A DNA stretch of 33,649 bases from Candidatus Eiseniibacteriota bacterium (GTDB lineage Bacteria; Eisenbacteria; RBG-16-71-46). This document shows, in pieces, positions 9,300 through 17,935 of this stretch (position 1 is its first letter; every line of letters begins with the position of its first letter). Below the pieces are notes generated by a model. It did not search any database. It was not told the DNA's origin and was given only the letters and a program-made list of their open reading frames with translations. The translations under genes were made by a program, and so were the position numbers. The DNA lies in the NCBI GenBank assembly GCA_031366795.1, contig JANLOX010000179.1, forward strand, positions 1 to 33,649, read 5' to 3'.

Positions 9300-9752
9300 T
9301 CAGGATTTGGCGCGCGCCTTCGCGATGCTGTCGTGGGCAGGGAATGTGCGCACGAATGCGATCAACTGCCAGATCTGCGCGGGCTTGAACACCGGCCCCC
9401 ACGGCGGCATTGCGGCGGACAGCTTGCGGGCCGCGCCGCCCTTGCTGATCACCTGGAACACTTCCTCGTCGTTCTTCGACTTGAACTGCGACGGCTGCGT
9501 GAAGTTCCGTGGCTTGGGGTTGAGCGCCGCGGAGTTCGGCCCATCGCCGTGCCCGGTTGCGCCGTGGCAGGGCTGGCAGAATTTCACGAACAGCGCCCGC
9601 CCCGCGGCGATCGTGGTGCTGTCGGTTGCGGCCTGCCGTGGAGCCGCGGGTGCTCCCTTGTCCGCGCCGGCCAGGGCGCCGGACTGCAACAGGCATGAAG
9701 CAACCACCGCCGCGAGCGCCGCCAGGAATGACCAGCCACGGATGCGCATCAT
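9300..9752 (-). CDS. Periplasmic class I monoheme cytochrome c
   Basis: Signal peptide; GRALFVKFCQPCHGATGHGDGP, PKPRNFT, AMPPW; AAGGAG RBS. Confidence 0.9.
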   Translation of the reverse strand: MMRIRGWSFLAALAAVVASCLLQSGALAGADKGAPAAPRQAATDSTTIAAGRALFVKFCQPCHGATGHGDGPNSAALNPKPRNFTQPSQFKSKNDEEVFQVISKGGAARKLSAAMPPWGPVFKPAQIWQLIAFVRTFPAHDSIAKARAKS

Positions 9753-9832
9753 GAACTCCTTGCGGGCAAGAGCCGCGCGGCCGCGCGTTGATCCATCCCA
9801 TGAACGAGCTGCGGGCCCGATCCGCCGTGATC

Positions 9833-12124
9833 CTACACCTCACGCCCGATCGACACACGCGCATCAACCACCACGCAGCCGTGCCCGGGAGCCAGCGCCT
9901 TGATCGGGTTCAGGTCCAACTCGAGGATCTCGGGATGGTCATCCAGTAGCCGCGAGACGCGCAGCAGCGCCTCCTCGAGTGCAGCGATGTCCGCGGGCGG
10001 GGCGCCGCGGTAGCCTTCGAGCAGCTTGAAGCTCTTGACCTCGCGCACCAGTTCCTCGGCGTCGACGTCGGTGAGCGGATGGATGCGAAATGCGACGTCG
10101 CGCAGGATTTCGACGTGAACGCCACCCAGACCGAACATCACAATCGGACCGAACGAAGGTTCGCGCGTCACGCCGATGATGGCTTCGACGCCGTCGCGCA
10201 CCATCGGTTGGACCAGCACGCCCTCCATCTCACTGCCGCGGCCGAGGACGCCCAGTTGGTGGCTGATGTCGTCGAAGGCGCGGCGCGCTTCAGCTTCGGA
10301 GCCGACATTGAGGACGACGCCACCGACATCGGATTTGTGGGTGATGGTCTTCGAGGAGAGCTTGATCGCGACGGGGAAGCCCATGCGCGCCGCTTCCTTC
10401 GCGGTTTCGTCGGCAGTGCACGCGAGCGCGGCGTCCGGCGTCCGCAGGCCATAGGCCGCAAGTAACTCGCGCACCTCTGCTGGCTCCAGCCACAACGTTT
10501 CGTTCGCGCTTGTCTCGAGGCCGCAGCCGCCGCACGTGGCGCAATTGCCGCAACCGGCGCCGGCGATGCGCTCGCGCGCCGCGGCGATCGCGTGGTCGCC
10601 GCGCCCTCGGTCCACGTCGGCAAACATCACGGGCTTGCCCTCGCGCCGCATCAGGCCGCGACCGTACGCGGCAGCGCGTGCAAGCGCGATGGCGGCGGAT
10701 TCGGGGAACATGAACGACGGAATGTTGCCCTCCTGCAAGGACCGCAGGCCGTCGGGCACGCCATGCGAGCCCATGAAGCAAGTCAGCACGGGTTTGGGCG
10801 GCAGGCCGCGTTGTTTCAACGCCTCCGCGCCGGCGTGTGCGCCACGGACGATGGCCTGGGCAACATCGAGCGGGCGCGTGACGATCGGCGTCACATAGAT
10901 CGCCAGCAGCGAGTCGATATTCGGGTCGGCGAGCATCAACTGCACCGCGCGTTCGTAGGCTTCGGGTGTGGCGGAGGCGATCATGTCGACGGGATTGCGC
11001 ACGCTCGCTTCGGGGACAAGGAGCGACTTGAGTGCTGCCGTCGTCGCGGGATCCAGCGCCGGGACGACGAGGTCGTGGCTCTCGCACGCGTCGGATGCCA
11101 TGATCGCCGGGCCGCCGGAATTCGTCACTAGCCCCACGCGGTTGCCCCGCGGCACGGGCTGGTGAGCGAGCAGCATTCCGACATCGAACAGTTCCTCGAT
11201 CGTCTCGGTGCGGATCACGCCGGTCTGCTTGCACAGCGCATCGACGGCGACATCGCTGCCCGCGAGCGAGCCGGTATGCGACGCAGCCGCGCGTACGCCA
11301 GCGGCGGTGCGGCCACTCTTCACGGCAATGACGGGTTTGTGACGCGCCACGCGGCGGGCCACCGCGGCGAAGCGGCGTGGGTTCCCGAACGATTCGAGGT
11401 AAAGCAGGATAACGCCGACGTTGGGATCGTGTTCCCAGTACTCGAGCAGGTCGCTGCCGGAGACGTCGGCCTTGTTGCCGATGCTGACGAAGTGCGAGAT
11501 GCCGACGTTGAGTTCGATCGCGTAGTCGAGAATCGCGAGGCCAAGCGCTCCGCTCTGGGACGAGAACGCCACGCGGCCGTGCGGAGGGAACGAGGGCGCG
11601 AAGGTGGCATCCAGCATGACGCCGGGCTCGGTGTTGAGCACCCCTAAGCAGTTCGGCCCGATCAATCGCATCCCGTAGCGGCGCGCGCAACCGATGATCG
11701 CCAGTTCGCGCGCTGCTCCCGCGGGCCCCGTTTCCTTGAAGCCGGCGCTGATCACCACGGCCGCCTTGACGCCCTTCTTCCCGCACTCTTCCAGCACTCC
11801 CGGCACGAACGGCGCGGGTACCACAATGATCGCCAGGTCCACGGATCCAGGAATATCGAGGACGCTGGGGTACGCCTTCACGGACTGCACCGAGTCGGCC
11901 CTGGCGTTCACGGGATAGACGACTCCCGTGAAGCCGTGTTCCATCACGTTGTGGAGGATCTCGGCGCCAATGCTACCGCGCACCCGCGAGGCTCCGACGA
12001 TGGCGATCGACGTGGGACGGAAGATCGCGTCGAGCCCGGCATGCGAGGCGGCGGCAGGACTGCCTGCGGCCGCGCCAAGGCGCGCGCCCTCAATCTCGAG
12101 GTTGGTTCGCTGCGCCACCGTCAC
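9833..12124 (-). CDS. Acetate/acyl-CoA ligase (ADP-forming), fused alpha-beta subunits
   Basis: CoA-binding N-terminus (IFRPTSIAIVGAS), IGPNCLG, SQSGALG, catalytic AAASHTGSLAG, NPVDM, and ATP-grasp motifs HKSDVGGV, FGPIVMFGLGG, ELDLNP. The GTG start at 12124 overlaps the USP stop (GTGA). Confidence 0.9.
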   Translation of the reverse strand: MTVAQRTNLEIEGARLGAAAGSPAAASHAGLDAIFRPTSIAIVGASRVRGSIGAEILHNVMEHGFTGVVYPVNARADSVQSVKAYPSVLDIPGSVDLAIIVVPAPFVPGVLEECGKKGVKAAVVISAGFKETGPAGAARELAIIGCARRYGMRLIGPNCLGVLNTEPGVMLDATFAPSFPPHGRVAFSSQSGALGLAILDYAIELNVGISHFVSIGNKADVSGSDLLEYWEHDPNVGVILLYLESFGNPRRFAAVARRVARHKPVIAVKSGRTAAGVRAAASHTGSLAGSDVAVDALCKQTGVIRTETIEELFDVGMLLAHQPVPRGNRVGLVTNSGGPAIMASDACESHDLVVPALDPATTAALKSLLVPEASVRNPVDMIASATPEAYERAVQLMLADPNIDSLLAIYVTPIVTRPLDVAQAIVRGAHAGAEALKQRGLPPKPVLTCFMGSHGVPDGLRSLQEGNIPSFMFPESAAIALARAAAYGRGLMRREGKPVMFADVDRGRGDHAIAAARERIAGAGCGNCATCGGCGLETSANETLWLEPAEVRELLAAYGLRTPDAALACTADETAKEAARMGFPVAIKLSSKTITHKSDVGGVVLNVGSEAEARRAFDDISHQLGVLGRGSEMEGVLVQPMVRDGVEAIIGVTREPSFGPIVMFGLGGVHVEILRDVAFRIHPLTDVDAEELVREVKSFKLLEGYRGAPPADIAALEEALLRVSRLLDDHPEILELDLNPIKALAPGHGCVVVDARVSIGREV

Positions 12125-12570
12125 TTGGCGGCGCTCTTTGGACGCACCACCAGCACGTTGCACGGGGCATGCGTCACGATATGGGATGCCACGCTGCCCA
12201 TGATGAGTTTGGTGATACCGCTGCGGCCGTGCGAACCGACCACGATCATGTCCACGCCCTTGGCGCGCGCGATGTCGAGAAGCGTCTCCCGCGGATCGCC
12301 CACCAGTACCTGCGCGGAGGTCTTGAATCCCCTGTCCTTGAGCGCGAGTTCCGCGCGCGACACCAACTCCTCGTGAGCCTTGTGCTGCTCCGCCATGAGT
12401 TGATCGGGCTGGACGGGCGTGGGGATGTACATCTCGGTGTACATGACCACGGCCGGGCGGACCGCCGAGACGACGATCACTTCCGAGTCCCTGGGCCACG
12501 TCATCTGCTTCACGAACTCCAGTGCAGCTTCCGAATGAGGCGAATCGTCGACACCGACGAGGATCTTCAT
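12121..12570 (-). CDS. Universal stress protein (UspA family)
   Basis: MKILVGVDDSPHS...DMIVVGSHGRSGITKLIMGSVASHIVTHAPCNVLVVR; GGAGG RBS before ATG 12570. Confidence 0.95.
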   Translation of the reverse strand: MKILVGVDDSPHSEAALEFVKQMTWPRDSEVIVVSAVRPAVVMYTEMYIPTPVQPDQLMAEQHKAHEELVSRAELALKDRGFKTSAQVLVGDPRETLLDIARAKGVDMIVVGSHGRSGITKLIMGSVASHIVTHAPCNVLVVRPKSAAK

Positions 12571-12613
12571 AGCCACCTCCCTCCGCGGCATGCGCGGACT
12601 ACCCATGAGTATG

Positions 12614-12628
12614 GCAACGGTCATGCCG
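12614..12628 (-). promoter_or_regulatory. sigma54 (-24/-12) promoter for the USP / acyl-CoA ligase unit
   Basis: The - strand reads CGGCATGACCGTTGC (GG-N10-GC with TTGC), about 45 nt upstream of the ATG. Confidence 0.7.
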
Positions 12629-12708
12629 CGGCATCCCCAATCGGCGGGCGCATGAGCCGGCAGGGCCCAGCGAGGCGCCGGGATGGCTCTGGCGCGCCTG
12701 GTTTGCGT

Positions 12709-12727
12709 TTGAATCCGTGTGATTCAA
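12709..12727. repeat. Inverted repeat TTGAATC-N5-GATTCAA
   Basis: Perfect 7-bp arms in the divergent promoter region. Confidence 0.45.
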
Positions 12728-12782
12728 CCGCGCCAACCGCGGTTCGCCGTGCGATGCGGCGCGTGTGTTCGACCGCGCGATC

Positions 12783-12815
12783 AGACAAATAGGCAGATCG
12801 ACTGCCGTTCTGGCA
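12783..12815. promoter_or_regulatory. Tandem putative enhancer (UAS) sites for a sigma54 activator
   Basis: AGACAAATAGGCA (12783-12795) and TGCCGTTCTGGCA (12803-12815), centres 20 bp apart. Same TG(A/C)C-N5-G(T/G)CA pattern as at 31520-31553. Confidence 0.6.
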
Positions 12816-12870
12816 GGGGACCCGCCCGCTCCTTTGAACGTGGAGCGCTCTGCCGGGCGCGTCGTGTGCA

Positions 12871-12887
12871 GGAATTTCATGAATTCC
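12871..12887. repeat. Inverted repeat GGAATT-N5-AATTCC
   Basis: Perfect 6-bp arms between the putative UAS and the cco promoter. Confidence 0.4.
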
Positions 12888-12932
12888 CGCGATCCGTGTG
12901 CCTCCGCAATACGGCAGGGCGCCTGGCAGAAC

Positions 12933-12947
12933 TGGCCTGGATGTTGC
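12933..12947 (+). promoter_or_regulatory. sigma54 (-24/-12) promoter for the cco operon
   Basis: TGGCCTGGATGTTGC (GG-N10-GC), about 90 nt upstream of the ccoN ATG. Confidence 0.62.
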
Positions 12948-13039
12948 CCAAGTTCAATTTGAGGTAGCGGAAACGTTCACCTGTTCCGGGGCGCTGCTCA
13001 CGGCGCGCACCCTGTGCGGATTCCACCGTCGGAGAACAC

Positions 13040-15259
13040 ATGACTCCACAACTCGAATCCTTCAAGTACGACGACTCGATCGTGAGGAAGTTCATGGTCG
13101 TGACGTTCATTTGGGGCTTCGTGGGCATGCTGGTCGGGCTGTTGATCGCCTGCCAGTTGGCGTACCCGGCGCTCAACATGCCGCCGTACCTGAGTTTCGG
13201 CCGCCTCCGTCCCCTCCACACGAATGCGGTCATCTTCGCCTTCGCGGGCAACGCCTTCTTCTGCGGCGCCTACTACTCGACCCAGCGGCTGCTCAAGACC
13301 CGCATGTTCTCGGATGTCTTGAGTAACCTGCATTTCTGGGGCTGGCAGCTGATCATCGTGTGCGCCGCGATCACGCTGCCGCTCGGGTTCACGCAGTCGA
13401 AGGAATACGCCGAGCTCGAGTGGCCGATCGACATCATGATCGCGGTCGTCTGGGTGATCTTCGCGGTGAACTTTTTCGGCACCATCGCGCGGCGCCGCGA
13501 GCGGCACCTGTACGTTGCCATATGGTTCTACATCGCCAGCATCGTGACGGTGGCGATCCTGCACATCTTCAACAACCTCGCGATTCCCGTCGGCCCCTTG
13601 AAGAGCTATTCGATCTACGCCGGCGTGCAGGACGCGTTCATGCAGTGGTGGTATGGCCACAACGCCGTGGCCTTCTTCCTCACCACGCCGTTCCTCGGGC
13701 TCATGTATTACTTCATGCCCAAGGCGGCCGAGCGGCCGGTGTTCTCCTACCGGCTGTCGATCCTGCACTTCTGGACGCTCGTGTTCATGTACATCTGGGC
13801 CGGACCGCACCACCTGCACTACACCGCCCTCCCCGAATGGGCTTCGACGGTGGGCATGGTGTTCTCGGTGATGCTGTGGATGCCGTCATGGGGCGGCGGC
13901 ATCAACGGGTTGCTCACGTTGCGCGGCGCCTGGCACAAGGTCGTCGACGACCCGGTCCTCAAGTTCTTCGTCGTCGCCGTCACCGCCTACATGATGGCGA
14001 CGTTCGAAGGGCCGATGCTGTCGATCAAGTCCGTCAACGGGCTCGCGCACTACACCGACTGGATCATCGCCCACGTCCACACGGGTGCCCTCGGCTGGAA
14101 CGGGTTCCTCACGTTCGGCATGATCTACTGGCTGATGCCGCGGCTGTTCCAGGCGCCCTTGCACAGCAAGCGGCTCGCCGAAATCCACTTCTGGTTCGCA
14201 ACCTTCGGCATGATCCTCTACGCCTCGGCGATTTACTCCGCTGGCTTGACGCAGGGCCTGATGTGGCGCGCCTTCGATGAAACAGGGCGCCTGCAGTTCC
14301 CCGACTTCATCGAGACCACGGTGCGGCTGCTGCCGATGTATTGGCTGCGCGCGGTGGGCGGATTGATCTACATCATCGGCGTGGTGATGTTCGGCTACAA
14401 CATGCTGATGACTTGGAGGGCGCGGCCGAAGGTCTACGACGAGCCTGTCATCCAGGCCGCACCGCTCGAGCGGAAGCCTGCCGCGATCGCGCCCACGCCC
14501 GCCGCCGTGCAGGGCGGCGCATGGGCGCGGTTCACGAGCCTCAACTGGCATCGCCGCTGGGAGGGCCTGCCGGTGGTGTTCACGGTGATGACTGTGCTCG
14601 CCGTCGTCGTGGCGTCGTTGTTCGAGATCCTGCCGGCGTTCCTGATCCGCTCGAATGTTCCCACCATCGCCTCGGTCAAGCCCTACACACCGCTCGAACT
14701 CGCGGGGCGCGACATCTACCAGAGCGAGGGCTGCTTCAACTGCCACTCGCAGATGATCCGGCCGTTCCGCTTCGAGACCGAACGCTATGGCGAGTATTCG
14801 AAGCCCGGCGAGTCCATCTACGACCACCCGTTCCTGTGGGGCTCGCGGCGCATCGGGCCTGACCTCGCGCGCGAAGGCGGCAAGTACAACGAGTTGTGGC
14901 ATGTGCGCCACATGGAGAACCCGCGCGCGATCACGCCGAGATCGATCATGCCGCCCTACCCGCAACTGCTGACCGAGCAGATCGACTTCGACCACATCCA
15001 GAAGCACGTCGACGCCATGGTGATGCTGGGCGTTCCCTATGGCGAAGCCGTGCACAGCGCGCGCGCCATGGCGGTGACGCAGTCCGAGGAGATCGCCGCG
15101 AAGATCGTGTCGCAGGGCGGCCCCGCGGGGCTCCAGGACAAACAGATCGTGGCGCTCGTCGCCTACCTGCAGCGCCTGGGCGTCGATCTCAAGGGCGCGG
15201 GCGCGTTGGCGCAGGCGCCCACCCCCGATGGGGCAGGCCACGCCGGCGGAGCGCAGTGA
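13040..15259 (+). CDS. ccoN: cbb3-type cytochrome c oxidase, fused subunits I/II (CcoN-CcoO)
   Basis: GRLRPLHTNAVIFAF, KEYAELEW, QWWYGHNAV, WAGPHHLHY and IIAHVHTGALGW; CcoO part GRDIYQSEGCFNCHSQMIRP and WGSRRIGPDLAR. Confidence 0.98.
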   Translation: MTPQLESFKYDDSIVRKFMVVTFIWGFVGMLVGLLIACQLAYPALNMPPYLSFGRLRPLHTNAVIFAFAGNAFFCGAYYSTQRLLKTRMFSDVLSNLHFWGWQLIIVCAAITLPLGFTQSKEYAELEWPIDIMIAVVWVIFAVNFFGTIARRRERHLYVAIWFYIASIVTVAILHIFNNLAIPVGPLKSYSIYAGVQDAFMQWWYGHNAVAFFLTTPFLGLMYYFMPKAAERPVFSYRLSILHFWTLVFMYIWAGPHHLHYTALPEWASTVGMVFSVMLWMPSWGGGINGLLTLRGAWHKVVDDPVLKFFVVAVTAYMMATFEGPMLSIKSVNGLAHYTDWIIAHVHTGALGWNGFLTFGMIYWLMPRLFQAPLHSKRLAEIHFWFATFGMILYASAIYSAGLTQGLMWRAFDETGRLQFPDFIETTVRLLPMYWLRAVGGLIYIIGVVMFGYNMLMTWRARPKVYDEPVIQAAPLERKPAAIAPTPAAVQGGAWARFTSLNWHRRWEGLPVVFTVMTVLAVVVASLFEILPAFLIRSNVPTIASVKPYTPLELAGRDIYQSEGCFNCHSQMIRPFRFETERYGEYSKPGESIYDHPFLWGSRRIGPDLAREGGKYNELWHVRHMENPRAITPRSIMPPYPQLLTEQIDFDHIQKHVDAMVMLGVPYGEAVHSARAMAVTQSEEIAAKIVSQGGPAGLQDKQIVALVAYLQRLGVDLKGAGALAQAPTPDGAGHAGGAQ

Positions 15260-15260
15260 C

Positions 15261-15455
15261 ATGCGCCTGAGCGACATCATGAGTCACGCCGGGCTGTCGG
15301 GTTACGCGATCGTTGCGATGGTGCTGTTCATCGTCGCCTTTGGTGGAATCGTATGGAAGGTGTTCCAGCGATCCAACCGTGATGAATACGAACACGCGCG
15401 GCGCCTTCCGCTCGAGGATGGAACGCCACCGCGGTCTCCGGGAGATTCCAAATGA
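15261..15455 (+). CDS. ccoQ: cbb3-type oxidase subunit CcoQ
   Basis: 64 aa with one TM helix then YEHARRLPLED; sits between ccoO and ccoP. Confidence 0.85.
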   Translation: MRLSDIMSHAGLSGYAIVAMVLFIVAFGGIVWKVFQRSNRDEYEHARRLPLEDGTPPRSPGDSK

Positions 15456-16030
15456 CCCGCGATCCCAGGCAGGAGAAGCTGCTCGAGCACAACTACGACG
15501 GTATCCAGGAGTACGACAATCCGCTGCCGAGATGGTGGGTGTGGATCTTCTACGCCACGATCCTGTTCGCGGTGCTGTATTGGTTCAATGTTCCCGGGAT
15601 CGGCACCGGCAAGGGCCGCGTCGCCAACTATGAAGCCGAAATGGCAAAGGCCAAGGCGCAGCAGGAAGCGCTCGCAGCGAAGAACCCCATCGCGGTGGAC
15701 ACCGATCAGTCGCTGATGGCGGCCACGCACGACCCAGGCGTCATGGCGCTCGGCAAGGAAGTGTTCACCAGCACGTGCGCGGTATGCCATCGCCCCGATG
15801 GCGGTGGCAACATCGGCCCCAATCTCACCGACGACTTCTGGCTGCACGGCGGCAAGCCGGCCGAGGTCCTGCACACCGTGACCATGGGCGTCCTCGAGAA
15901 GGGTATGCCCGCGTGGTCGCAGACGCTGCCGCCGGCGAAGGTGCGCGCGGCCGCGGTGTACGTGCTGTCGATGCACGATTCGCATCCCAAGGATCCCAAG
16001 GCGCCGCAGGGGATCAAGGTCGAGGAGTGA
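15452..16030 (+). CDS. ccoP: cbb3-type oxidase subunit III (CcoP), monoheme
   Basis: FixP N-terminal motif HNYDGIQEYDNPLPRWW; a single CAVCH; IGPNLTD; GMPAW. Confidence 0.93.
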   Translation: MTRDPRQEKLLEHNYDGIQEYDNPLPRWWVWIFYATILFAVLYWFNVPGIGTGKGRVANYEAEMAKAKAQQEALAAKNPIAVDTDQSLMAATHDPGVMALGKEVFTSTCAVCHRPDGGGNIGPNLTDDFWLHGGKPAEVLHTVTMGVLEKGMPAWSQTLPPAKVRAAAVYVLSMHDSHPKDPKAPQGIKVEE

Positions 16031-16034
16031 TCGC

Positions 16035-17444
16035 ATGACCGCGAGCCTGAAGGCACTGGCGCCGCCCGGCCGCGTGTTGCCCACACTTAACGAGGACGGC
16101 TCGCGCCGCTGGTTGCGGCCGAAGCCGTCCCCGGGGCGCTTCCAGAATCGCCGCAGGATCATGGCGTACGTCTTGATGCTGGTGTTCTTCGTGATTCCCT
16201 ACCTGCGCATCGGGGGCAAGTCGATCATCCTGCTCGACCTGCCGCGGCGCGAGTTCACGCTCATCGGTGTCACCTTCCAGCAGACCGAGACGATGCTGTT
16301 CATGCTGCTGTTCCTCAGCGTGTTCGTGTCGATTTTCTTTATCACCGCGCTGTTCGGGCGTGTGTGGTGCGGCTGGGCGTGTCCACAGACTGTCTATATG
16401 GAGTACCTGTTCCGTCCCGTCGAGCGCTGGCTCGAGGGGGGCTACCACGGCTCGCAGGTGATGGACCGGGAGCGGAAGTTCCATGGGCGGAGATGGCTCA
16501 AGCACGGGGTCTACGCGCTGCTGGCGCTGTTCGTGGCGCACACGTTCCTGGCTTACTTCGTGAAGCCCGAGGAGTTGGTCCGCTGGATGCAGGGCCCGCC
16601 AACCGCCCATCCGTTGACCTTCTTCATCGTGATGCTCACCACGGCGCTGATCTTCTTCGACTTCGCCTACTTCCGCGAGCAGACCTGCCTCGTGGCCTGT
16701 CCCTATGGCCGCATCCAGTCCGCGTTGCTCGACCGCCGCTCGCTGATCGTGGGCTACGACGCGGGCCGTGGCGAGCCGCGCATGCATGGTGTGCGGGATC
16801 GCGCTGCCAGCGCGGGCGATTGTGTGGACTGCCAACTCTGTGTGCTGACCTGCCCGACGGGCATCGACATTCGCGATGGGCTGCAGATGGAGTGCATCAA
16901 CTGCACGCAATGCATCGACGCCTGCGATGCCGTGATGGCGCGCGTGGGCAAGCCCCAGGGCCTGATCCGTTACGCCTCGCGCGATGAACTCGAAGGGAGC
17001 CCCAAGCGCCCGCTGCGCGTGCGCGTCATCGTTTACCCCGCCGTGCTGGCGCTGACGCTGGGCGGATTGTTGTATGGCGTGCTCACGCGGCCGAGCGCTG
17101 AAGTGACGATGCTGCGCGACCAGGGCACCCCGTACACCATCCAGCAGGATGGCCGCGTCGCGAATCCCCTGCGCCTGCGGGTGGCGCAGCGCGGCGCGCG
17201 CACAGCGAGCTACACGATCTCGCTCGTCAACGCCGCGGATCTGCAATTGATCGCGCCCGTGAATCCACTGGTGGTCGAGCCCTGGCGCATGGCGACGGCG
17301 CCGTTGTTCATCGTGGTGCCGCCCTCCGGGTTCCAGAACGGCGACCGCGACGTGACCGTGCGCATCAGCGACGGCCACGGTTTCACACATGACGTGCCGT
17401 ATCATCTGGTCGGCCCAAGGCCGCAGAGTGGAGCCGTGAAATGA
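16035..17444 (+). CDS. ccoG: Cytochrome c oxidase accessory protein CcoG (4Fe-4S membrane protein)
   Basis: GRVWCGWACPQTVY, REQTCLVACPYGRIQS, CVDCQLCVLTCPTGIDIR, CINCTQCIDAC. Confidence 0.96.
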   Translation: MTASLKALAPPGRVLPTLNEDGSRRWLRPKPSPGRFQNRRRIMAYVLMLVFFVIPYLRIGGKSIILLDLPRREFTLIGVTFQQTETMLFMLLFLSVFVSIFFITALFGRVWCGWACPQTVYMEYLFRPVERWLEGGYHGSQVMDRERKFHGRRWLKHGVYALLALFVAHTFLAYFVKPEELVRWMQGPPTAHPLTFFIVMLTTALIFFDFAYFREQTCLVACPYGRIQSALLDRRSLIVGYDAGRGEPRMHGVRDRAASAGDCVDCQLCVLTCPTGIDIRDGLQMECINCTQCIDACDAVMARVGKPQGLIRYASRDELEGSPKRPLRVRVIVYPAVLALTLGGLLYGVLTRPSAEVTMLRDQGTPYTIQQDGRVANPLRLRVAQRGARTASYTISLVNAADLQLIAPVNPLVVEPWRMATAPLFIVVPPSGFQNGDRDVTVRISDGHGFTHDVPYHLVGPRPQSGAVK

Positions 17445-17935
17445 AGTTCAAGCTGGGAGCGTTGTGGCCGGTGGCGATCGTCGGCGTGCTGGCGCTGACG
17501 GTGGGCGCGAATATCTGGGTGATGGTCGTGGCGCGCGATCCGCACGCCGCGGCGATCGAACCGGATTACTACAACAAGGCGGTGGCGTGGGATTCGACAC
17601 TCGCGGAGCAGCATCGCAGTGAGCAGTTGGCATGGACGGCGGAGGTTGAACTTCTCGACGCCTCTACCACGGGCGCCACGGTGCGAGTGCTCCTGCGTGA
17701 CCGTGGACGCCAATCGGTTGCAGGGGCCAGGGTAAGCGTCGAAGCAATCCACAACCTGCAGGCCGATGAGCGCATCCGGGCCACGTTGGGTGAACTCCGC
17801 AACGGGGAGTATTCGGCGCGCATGCCGCTGCGCCGCCGCGGGCTGTGGGAGTTGCGGATTGAGGCCACGCGCGGCCGCGACCGCTGGGTGACTTCGGTGC
17901 GGCGGGAGGCGCAATGGTCCTCGACGGCCCGCTGA
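17441..17935 (+). CDS. ccoH: FixH/CcoH family protein
   Basis: N-terminal WP plus TM helix, DYYNKAVAWD, GLWELRIEA; located directly after ccoG. Confidence 0.82.
   Translation: MKFKLGALWPVAIVGVLALTVGANIWVMVVARDPHAAAIEPDYYNKAVAWDSTLAEQHRSEQLAWTAEVELLDASTTGATVRVLLRDRGRQSVAGARVSVEAIHNLQADERIRATLGELRNGEYSARMPLRRRGLWELRIEATRGRDRWVTSVRREAQWSSTAR

Noticed and set aside
9833..12499. 888-aa ORF as a USP fusion or a Pat/Pka protein acetyltransferase
   Set aside because: The N-terminal extension is an off-frame overlap with the USP gene, there is no GNAT domain, and the catalytic His is present.
12571..13039. FNR/FixK box or Rex operator upstream of ccoN
   Set aside because: No TTGAT-N4-ATCAA or TTGTGAA-N4-TTCACAA match seen; the TTGAATC palindrome has the wrong arms and spacing.
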